Source of the DNA: Lama glama
Taxonomy: Eukaryota
Direction of reading: 5' to 3'
DNA length: 64,000 nt
Assembly: GCA_028534125.1 (NCBI GenBank)
Contig: CM052849.1
Coordinates: 15,004,001-15,068,000 of the forward strand
In this document: positions 52,926 through 64,000 of the stretch, one piece after another
Layout of the letters: every line of letters starts with the position of its first letter
Position numbering within the stretch: position 1 is the first letter of the stretch
Made by a program: the position numbers and the translations under genes
The notes under the pieces: generated by a model
The model's input: the letters and a program-made list of their open reading frames with translations, nothing else
Told to the model about the DNA's origin: nothing
The model's database searches: none

Positions 52926-53128
52926 CTATTTAAACAGTATTACCATCTTCTCTCCTCCGTAAATATCAACGGACAGCAACCATCACTTGAAATAACTTTT
53001 TTCTGGGGCAATCAGAAAATTCTTATTATGCCCAATTTCGAATTAACTTCTATAAAGCCAAAAATTTTGTTACCTTACGTAATTAACTTAAATCCATTTC
53101 TATGTTAAATGGAGTCCTCTGCACACTA

Positions 53129-53560
<432 letters not shown>

Positions 53561-54474
53561 TTACACACACCTGCCACCTAATAACACACGCCTCGCCCTG
53601 ACCACGCTCAGCCGTCCTCAGCCCGGGGATGAATGGAGCTGTCGGGCCTCAGGCCACAAAATTCTCTAGGACAGTGTTTGGTTTTATAAGTTGGTGTCAC
53701 AAAACATATCTGACCTAGGAGATTTAAAATTGCTAAATGAGTTTATGGGTGGCACTTCAGAGGGAAGTAGAACAAAGGGGACTTCATCTGTGTTTTCTTT
53801 TTGTAACCAAACCAAACACAGCGCAACCTATGTGCAGGCAAGATGGAGTACCAGTGTCCACATGGAGAAATCCCAGGTAAAGACACAGACTCCAGAAAGG
53901 TTTCAATAATAACGCACCATATAACGGTCAAAAACAGGCAAAAATACGGAGGTATTTACTGTCTACAGACACGAAACTATCAATCTCACGTATGTTTTCT
54001 TGACTTCCACCAAACACCTAAAACCGAGTTCAGAACAGTACTTTCCCCTGGGAGGGAGGACAACTGTAACAACTGGTTTCAAACGACAAAATCCACCTGT
54101 TTTACAAAGTATAAAGTTTCACAGACAAGCAACGGAAAGCAAATAAAACACCACGTTCGTGTGTCTGGCTGAAGAGTAACGCGGGGAAGAACACGGCAAG
54201 TGCTTCATCAGCGCGCAGCTCTCCACGCCGCACAGCACGTCTAATCTCAGGTCAGGCCACCCCGAACTGGGCGACACAGCGCCCAGCACTTGGTCCTAAG
54301 TCAGTTTTCAGACTTCTAGGTCTTCAGCTACTCTACTTCCACGCATGCAACATACAGCATGCCAACTACCAGTCAACAGAATCCTAGAGGAACAGTCCAG
54401 ATCATGACAAAAATAAGGAAGTTCCAAATAAGGGAGCTACAACTAAAAATTTACGAGTCAGAATTAAGAGCCTA

Positions 54475-54858
<384 letters not shown>

Positions 54859-55538
54859 CTACGGCAAAAGAACCGCCTCATGTCAGAACAGGGAAGTCTG
54901 GCTCTTCCCCTAGTGTGGAGAGCAAAGGTTTCTGTATTTCCCTACGACAGAGTTCACACGACTGGTATAAATCCAATGAAGAACAGTATTAATTCCAATA
55001 AATCAAAAACAATGAAAGATATCACTACATTCATATATCAAATCATTCTTTGGCTCTCAGTAATATTCTGGAATGAATAAAAAGGATATTGAGGAATAAG
55101 AACATTTTGATAACAGCCACTTGGTGGCCCATGATACCCAAACTTGTTCCTTGTTCAGGGCTTCAGGAAGTCATATGCCTGATATGAAATAATTCATTGA
55201 GGGGAAAAGTAGATGGACTCTCTCCACTTGGATAATTTGACCTTCAATAACTATTTTTAAAAATACCCTCAAATTAAAAATCATCTTACTTTACTTGAGA
55301 GTTACAAGATAGGTTCTTTGCCTCGACGATTCTGCTTTGAAAAGTAACAGGCCTGTATTAAATTATTAACTATATATGTTTGAAGCAGCAACCTAAAGCA
55401 CAAAAGTGATGCATTCCACCCGCAGGAAATAAATAACCACACCCCCTTCTTGGCAAAAGCAAGACTCCTTTGACCTTTTACTGAAGGAGTGCTGTTTAAA
55501 CACAATGAACGTGCAGGGTGTGGGTGAGCTTTTCATTA

Positions 55539-55772
<234 letters not shown>

Positions 55773-55841
55773 TCACCGATTTAGATCAACAGTCGTAACT
55801 TATTGGCTCACCCAGGATTCTCATCCTGGTAAGAAATCTCA

Positions 55842-56042
<201 letters not shown>

Positions 56043-56859
56043 TTACTAAACAAACGTGCCAGGCACTGGGGATGTGCTCACGGGCAATTTAAACAGGACA
56101 GACAGTTCTTACCCTCGTGAAACTTGCCCTCTAGTTTGGGGAACACACTGTGAAAGCAGATTGTAAGTGCCATAGAGAAAAAAACTTTAAAAATGAGGCA
56201 GAGAAGAGAGAAAATTATGTCTAGATTGTAATTTCATACAAACTATGTACAAGGCAGTATTTGAGTGAAAACATGAAGGACGCGTGAGTGTGAGCAGAGA
56301 GAACAGACGTGCAGGCTGGCAGCCTGGCTCGCTCAAGGAGCCTCCAGGCCACCGTGGCTGGAACAGAGTTTGCGAGAAAGCAGCGAGAGGTGTAACAGCA
56401 GGGGTGGCAGAGGCAGGCTGTTCAATCTTGAAAAAATCACTGTAAGGCATGTGACTTTTTTAACAAGTGAAACACAAGATGGAGGGTTTCAAGTTCTGGC
56501 AGTTGTGTTAAGAATTAGCTGAAGTGGGGGGGTGCAGCAGCAAGGATCACCACTTACATATTCTAAATAGCTTTCGACAGCTAGTGGCCGCTCTATTAGC
56601 TACCACCCAATAGATGAGGTGTCTTAGTCATGAGCCCAGAAGAGCTCCTGGGGCAGCTGCAGACAGGGAGGACCGAGGACGGGCCCCAGAGCCGCCTCAC
56701 CCCCGGCAGGGTACGGGAGAGCCAGCCAAGGGGACGGCAGCGGGGACAGGGAAGGAGGGGGGCGAGGGGAGTTTAGAACTCTTCCAAGGAGGGAGAGACC
56801 GACAAGGTAAACTAGCAGCTCAGGTAAGTTACCTTTAGATTCAGATTCTGTTGGACTGC

Positions 56860-57183
56860 CTATATTCACAATCACGTTCCCTAAAAAATGAAGATACTTC
56901 TTCCTTTCCAATTTTTGTACCTTTGACTTTTTCTTCTTGCCTTCCTGCATGGACTAGGGCTGCCAGTGCAACACCGAGTAGAAACGTTGAGAGTGGAAAC
57001 TCTTCTGTTGCCATTAGGTATGATGTTAATGCAGGCTTTGTATAAATACACTGTCAGCCTGAAGATAAGACTGCTGGTTTTTATCATGAACTGAGATTAA
57101 ATTTTATCACGTCTTTTCTGCAACTAGTTAAATGATCTTACAGTTTTCTGCCTTTATTCAATTATGTGGTGAGATACACTGAC
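56860..57183 (-). mobile_element. Old L1 ORF2 fragment, left half (split by the LRRC59 retrocopy)
   Basis: ttttcttcttgcctt...aggtatgatgtt...cttttctgcaactagtt...tatgtggtgagatacactgac. Confidence 0.65.
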
Positions 57184-59556
57184 CCCCACCCCCGCAACTC
57201 AGACACATACTTAATAACTCTAGAAACCCCACAGAAACCTGGCATCGATGCAGGCAGTTCTGCGTGGATGGAGCCTGTGGGCTGGCTCAGCCAGGCTGGG
57301 CGCACTACCGCCGTCCTCTCAGCCAGAGGACAATCACCATCGATTCTACGTTATCTAACTGATAGTTAAGCATTAGTACCAATGGCTCTAGGAAGACTGA
57401 AAGAATTTGTAGTGATTCTGAGTAAGCGGGACCTGAGCACCAGATACATCCTGGGGGGAAGGACAAGGCTACTGCTTTCAGCATCAGGATAGTGAAAGGC
57501 CTCTCCAGGTGGGCCGCTAGGCCTGAAGTTGCTGGTCCTGCCGTATTCACCTCAAGTGTGGAAAGGTTCTTGCTTTCTGTGTGGGTGGGAGCTGGTGCAA
57601 GTTCCTATCTGGGGACTTATGGAATGAGCACCATGAGTCATTTCTGATCCCCTCGCTCAGCTGTTGTGGCCAATAAATGAAGCAAAGGAGGCCATGGAGC
57701 AAGGAAATGCTTAGACCACAGGCTCTGAGAGAAGGGACAGGCCTGCCCTTGTCTGCAGTGGTCACCGCAGTGAAAATGTATCACTTTTGAGCCCCTTGTT
57801 TGAGCTTCTACTTGTTTCCCTTCACTGAGCAGTTACAAGTCTAGATCAGACAATTCAGTCTCAATCTCCATGAAGCTGAATCTTCAGGCTGCCTCTCAGG
57901 GACTCAGTCACACCTACTAATAATAGAGCTGTCAGACAACACGGCTCTGCAAGGATCGGCACCCTGCTTAATGACAATCAGGGAGTCAATGTCCTAAAAC
58001 AGAAACAAAGGGCCTGGACTTCCATTTCACAAGAACCACGTTAAGTCGGGGCCGGATGCCACAGGAGCTGCCCGAGAGCCCCGTGGCCGTGAGATTCCTA
58101 CTTGCGACGCATGAGCAAGGCTACTGTGAAAGATTCCATACCTCAGCCAAGACATCCTTGATTCTAGTGCATTTTGTTTTCTCAGGATATTACAAAACCA
58201 TGTAAAGGACAAAGGGTGCTGGAGCGGGCGCCCAAGTCTGCATCATGCTGCAAGTCACTGGGGGCCTCAGTTTCCCTACCTGCCGGTGTGAGACTGGACT
58301 AGATGGTCCTAAAGTCCTTTTTACAGCCTGAGATTTGGTGTGGTCACTGAAATGCTTATACAGCTGAGATCCTGAAGAAAATGTGTGCTGTCCCCCAACT
58401 TAGGTGGCATGCACCATGCGGTGCTACCCTACTCCCCCCAAACACACTGCCTCCTCATCTGCCCTGGATACAGGGAAGGATGACACAAAGTCAACGGAGT
58501 GGTAGAAATGAGCCTTGCTTCTTTCTGCGTAACTAGAAAAGGCTATTTATGCGTTTACCTCTGATTTTCCTATCTCCTCACCAGAAAACCCTAATGAACA
58601 AAGAGGAGCCTCGAATACCATTTAGTAGCCACCTGGAGATGACAGGTACACAGGTCTGACACTAAGATCACGCGTGGCAGAACCCAGTCCCACAGGGATC
58701 GAGGCTCCAAGGCTGGGAGGCAGTAGGCACTGGGATTCGCTCTGGAGGCCCCACTGCAGGACCTCGTGACTACACAGACCCTGCACTGCATGACGGTGTT
58801 CACTCCGTCAGAGCGGGCTCTGCTGTTTTTAGTGGTTTCTTGTGGGGGTGGGGCCGGACGCAGGCCCTGGGCCTGGCTTGTTTCCTTCTTAGGTCTCTTC
58901 TGCTCCTGCCTGGCACCCCAGTCCGCTCTCCAGCTCGCCTTCCCTGGCTTCCGTGGTTCCCACTTCTGAGCTTCCTCAGCTTGCTGCTTGGCCTCAGGCG
59001 TCTTCTCTTCCTCTCTTTCTGCTTCCACCTGCTGCTGCCCGTCACTCTGACCTGCACGGACTGGACCATCTTGTTTGTACCCTGCTTACGCTGCTTCTCA
59101 TCCAAGCACTCACTCACCACTCTGGCCAGGACAAGGGAGGTTATCATTTAGGTCCAGTGAGCCGGCATCACCATGACCACAAGTGAGAAACTGGCCCGAA
59201 AAAGCGAGGCCTGAGCCTCAGCAACCAGAACGAGGTCCCTGTCAAGGAGATGCTGTCCTACTTAAAGTCACCATGCTCAACTGTCCTGCAATATACTGTC
59301 ATTGGATTCTGTGGTCTCACACACCTGGTGAAGCCAGACCTGAGGAAAACAATGTGCGATAGCTGCTGGCAGACACTGGCCATGTGCTCAGCCTCCAGCA
59401 CCCAGATCTCCTCAACAGACTGGTCCACGCTTGCGCAGCCCAAGAAAACCCAGGCTCCAGGGCTCTGACAGGCAGGAGGAAGGTGGCCGAGGGCCGCACA
59501 TCTGTCTGATGTTCTCGCACGTGACAGACACACCTGCACCCTCGCCACTGCCACCC
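57184..59556 (-). pseudogene. LRRC59: Processed pseudogene (retrocopy) of LRRC59 with an internal inversion, in ATP2A2 intron 11
   Basis: The minus strand encodes LVLARVVSECLDEKQRKQGTNK...EREEEK...EAKQQAEEAQ...RQEQKRPKKETSQA, matching LRRC59 [21 protein letters not shown]...EAKQRAKEAQ...EQEKKPKKEANQA. Plus strand 59173-59450 carries ATGACC and FCGLTHLVKPDL (LRRC59 FCGLTHLVKLDL). Intronless, frameshifted, flanked by c[a/g]ctgac. Confidence 0.85.
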
Positions 59557-59720
59557 CGCTGACTGACCTCTGAATGTTAGCTAGCCTTGTCGTCGTGGTG
59601 ATTCTGCTTGAATAGTCACAGGTTTAGTGTATTACTAGACTCAATCTGCTGATGTTGTGTCGAGAATCTCCACATCTGTATTATGAAAAGTGTTAGTCTG
59701 TAACTTCCTTTTCTTGTCTT
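59557..59720 (-). mobile_element. Old L1 ORF2 fragment, right half
   Basis: cgctgactgacctctgaatgttagctagccttg continues the L1 consensus (cattgattgattttcgaatgttgaaccagccttg) from where the left half stops. Confidence 0.65.
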
Positions 59721-60301
59721 GTCCGAGTGGGTGTGCACACGTAAACACCTGGACCGTCGAGCACAAGGTCACAGGCGACGGACGAAAGAGGCAAAGCTTC
59801 ACTGGCATGGACTCAAGAAAATGGAAGGAGTGAGATAATACAATTTACATGGAAGGAGCTCTTTTGAGAAGTTTTACCGTAAAGGAAAAGCAGCAGGGTG
59901 CTAAAGTCAAGAAAAGTTTTCAGATAAAAGACATGGTACTATGTCTCTAACGAAGATCCTGCAGAGATAGGAAACTGATAACGCAGGAGCGAGATGCTGG
60001 GGCTCACAAGACAAGGAGCAGCCAGTTTCTGCGAGAAGCAAGGGCCCATTCACAGCACAGGGGAGAAGGTCGACCTTCTGGGCGCAGAAGGTTGCATGCA
60101 GAGAGAATCTACTGATTACTTTTATTTTCTTGATCAAAGTATCATTTTACCAGATCATTTTACCTGAGAGCGAGTATGAGGAAGGAGACAGAACAGGTTT
60201 GAGGAGATAAGGTATATATTTAAGTTACCTAAAGTTGTGAGAATAAATGGGCTAAGTATCTGGTGTGAGTGCTGGGCAGCATAAACAAAACACCAAGCTC
60301 A

Positions 60302-60466
<165 letters not shown>

Positions 60467-61222
60467 TTACAAAAAAGGAAAAGTAGTAAAAAAAAAAAAA
60501 AAAAAGTAGATTTTCCTTAATAATGACTTTTTCCATAGGAGGACAGTTTGTCCTCCACTGCATCATTATTCTGTGGGCTGTTTTTATCCTACTCTGGAGC
60601 ACATGATCCAGATAATGCAAAATAAATATCAGTGTGCATTTTATCTTTTTCTAATAATTACGTTTTTCATTTCCCTTAACTATAAGAAGCTAATAATCAC
60701 AGTATTAATTCAAATATAGAGAGCTTTCGAGTAGCATTTGTAATTCCATGTCATTATCATTCTAGAGTGTTTATACTCTGATGGAGACCAGCTTGTCTTT
60801 TGACAGAAACCAAACGATTTATCTTACTATTTATTATTAAAAAGGGAGGAAGAAAGGTTTTCTGTTGGTTAAATCTTTTATTATTATATCATCATCAAAA
60901 CAACCCTTTAAACCTCAGCATGTTCTTAAGGATATAACGCTACCCATCTTAAAAAGCAGGATCAATATACTACACTTTCAGGAGAAAGCATCCTGGGTTT
61001 CATTCATTTACAGAAACCAGACTACAGAGAGCGAGCCCCATGCCACGCGACAACTCCCAGCTAGTAGCTGCAATGCTTAGGCACACAGAACACAGCAAAG
61101 GCTCGCAGCTTGCTCTGGGTAGGTCCCGCTGGCTCTGACAGAGACACGCTCTTGAATGGAAAGGGGAAATAAAATCAGGAACCTGTATTTTCAGAAAGGG
61201 AGGAAGGAAGGCTGGATTTTCA

Positions 61223-61429
<207 letters not shown>

Positions 61430-61887
61430 TTACCTCTACTGACTTTTGTTTTATTATTTAATAATACGAATATAATTTTGAGGACAACAGACTGGCAAAT
61501 ATTCAAAAGGTTTTGAGTGATGGCTCTTAAAAATCTGAAGCTGGAGAGAATAACAGAATATTGTCTCTGACACCAGGAGTTAATCAGTAATGACTGGAAA
61601 TTCTTAATGAAATTCCTCTGTCACTGGTATCAATCAATAAAGAACAAGCAGAAACCCTACTTGAAGATTTAGGCTTCAAAAGATGAAAAAGGGCTGCCAG
61701 TGTATATAACCTGTGTTCCCTCTTTCCTAGTGTGTATTATCAATTCTGCTTAGGAAAATTAATTACTCTAACAACCAACAATATGAGGCACATTCAGAAA
61801 CCTGAAAGTTGTAGAGACACTGCAAGGCACTATCCAAGCACCAAACTGAGCCAGCGGAGCCTGTAAAAGACAAGGAGAGTTTACTCA

Positions 61888-61977
<90 letters not shown>

Positions 61978-64000
61978 CTACAGGAAAAGTGTTTAAAAGG
62001 TATTAAAAAAAATCCCAGAAAGTATATAATCCTTGTTAAGACAAAAACCTTTCTCATTTAAGGTATCAATTTTAATGAAATTTATTACCTGAAGCTCAGC
62101 ACCAGAAATACTGTCCCTTGAGGGGTACGCTGTAGAGCGACCCGAATTCCAAATTTCAAACGGCTGGCTGAGAAATGAAATAGGTTCTCCCACCCTGGAG
62201 CAAAGATTTTTACTAAAATAAGCCTGGGAAGAATAAACTCCCATTTCACAGCTGCATAAGTGTTCTCTTAAGTAAAAGAAGACAAACTGCTTCTCTGCTC
62301 CTTCCATGAATTCTTCTTGTGGCAACAGTTCATTTTCTTTGAAGCTGCACAACCACACGTATGCAGTAAGGAGCCCACAAAGTTGAATGAACTGATGTCA
62401 CCAAGACAACACAGACGAAAGCATGCTTAGGAAAGAATTCTTACTTTTGGAGAATAAAGTGACACAAGCTAGTTTTTTAAAGATGAAGGTTATCCCCGCC
62501 TTGGTTTGCTTTCCAAAAACTATAATCCAGGAGCCTGATTTGGAAGACTAAGACTCAGACTTGCGTTTTCATTGCAAACTGAAACTGTAAAAGCTTCTCT
62601 TAAAAAAGAACAAAATACAGGAAGAAGTGGTACTTCAACTATACTTTATCATGCCAACATCTCTCTGAATATGAGCGATTAAGAATATGATCAAACCATT
62701 CTACAATAAGAAATTTTAAAAGGTTAAATTCAAGTAAAAAAAGGCCATGTAATGCTTTAAGATGATCTTTTCGGAGCATTCTGATTCATACACAGTAAGA
62801 AAATCTGCTTATCTTTATTTTAAAATAACTTCTTTTACTTCACAAGGTTTGCATATTACATAGCTTATTTTCTTTATTTATTTACTTATTATTTTTGCAT
62901 ATACTTTTAAGAACTCCAAAAGTTTCAAAAGTATACTCAGAACTAAATCAACCTTGGAACTGACCTAAAGGTATGAGATATACAGGATTGAAAACTGATG
63001 ACTCCTGATAAAAGACTCGAGTTCAAATACATAAAACCGATGTGTCAAATGAGGAAAAGATTCATTTCCAAGGTCACATGCAGCAAGATCACCAAATTCT
63101 AGTTCTTTTCTGACAGATACAGCACCTAAAAAAGGAAGCTTTGCAGAAAGCTTTTTCCAAAGACGTTTGACATTTTACAAAAGAGGAAACAAACGGCTAG
63201 AGAATTTAAAGGATGTGCTCGAGGTTACACAATTATTAAGTGGAAGAGCGACAACCAGCTTTCCAATCTTTCCTATCAGAAAACGCGATCTTACCCTTTT
63301 GTTAAAAGTTGTGTGACCCTCAGACATGTCACAACTTCTCAGAGCTGAAGTTACCTCCTGAGCAGGATTACCATATGATTCAAATAAAGTCACATGTGAA
63401 AAACACACTGACTGCACTAAGCCCTACCAAAGCAAGGGGGCATTATTACTACTATGTAGCAATGATGTTGTTTATAAAAACTGAAACTCTCTGGGTCTAT
63501 ACCACAGTCTAAAATATTCTAAGAGATTCAGAATTCTAACCTCATCAAACCAAATCTGAATGCATGATCCAAGTATCCCGAAGCCAAGGGCAGTTACGCA
63601 ATCTAATGCAAGAATCCTCCTGTAGAATATTGATCAGCATCAGCTTTCCGTCACTGACACAGAATAAAGAGGAAAGCTGTTTCTTTAATAGAACATTTTA
63701 AGTCAAACCATTTAAGGGAACATACAAAAACAAAAAATTATCATGGATTCTGTTTTAGTCTTAGTTTGAAGTCTGATTTGCTGCCACAACTTTGAAATTA
63801 ACCATTTTTTAAAGATTACAATTTCACACACTGCTTTACTTTCATGGATATAACGCCTGTTCCAAGGAATTAAAGCTTTCAGGCCAAGTTTAAACAGCAA
63901 TTTCCTGGGGGAAACCAAACAGGTAACTTAAAATTCCCTTTCTCTCCCCTAATCAGCTTTTAGCCGACAGCTAGCTTTTTAGAAGATTTGTCCAAACTTT

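Noticed and set aside
58591-59147. E/K/R-rich ORFs as a novel intact gene, or as copies of RWDD1, CDC37 or GADD45GIP1
   Set aside because: Those matches were only compositional. LRRC59 explains both strands at nucleotide level, and frameshifts show it is a pseudogene.
62205-62260. MEF2-like CTAAAATAAG next to E-box CAGCTG in ATP2A2 intron 8
   Set aside because: Mismatch to the MEF2 consensus. Such short motifs are not supportable without conservation or ChIP data.

Overview
This is mammalian genomic DNA, most likely from a camelid, judging by eight copies of a tRNA-derived Vic-1-like SINE. It holds two convergent genes. ANAPC7 lies on + (CpG-island promoter near 11.3 kb, 3' end near 31.2 kb). 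Exons 1, 4-8 and 10 are fully readable, exons 2 and 9 are partly N-masked, and exons 3 and 11 appear to sit inside N gaps. The 3' half of ATP2A2/SERCA2 lies on - (exons 9-20, the SERCA2b tail, the SERCA2a terminal exon and both 3'UTRs; exons 1-8 are beyond base 64000). The rest is mostly old L1, L2, MIR, LTR and DNA-transposon debris. I found no new multi-gene system, CRISPR array or genuine RNA gene. The most notable observations are: (1) a near full-length, degraded LRRC59 retrocopy in ATP2A2 intron 11 that splits an old L1, has a 7-bp TSD and carries an internal ~295-bp inversion; (2) KDDKLV in place of KDDKPV (P401L) in the SERCA2 phospholamban-interaction motif; (3) a SERCA2c-like cassette that lacks the early stop; (4) a GC-AG intron 12; (5) N gaps that preferentially hit exons. 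All comparisons with human or consensus sequences are from memory, not from database searches.
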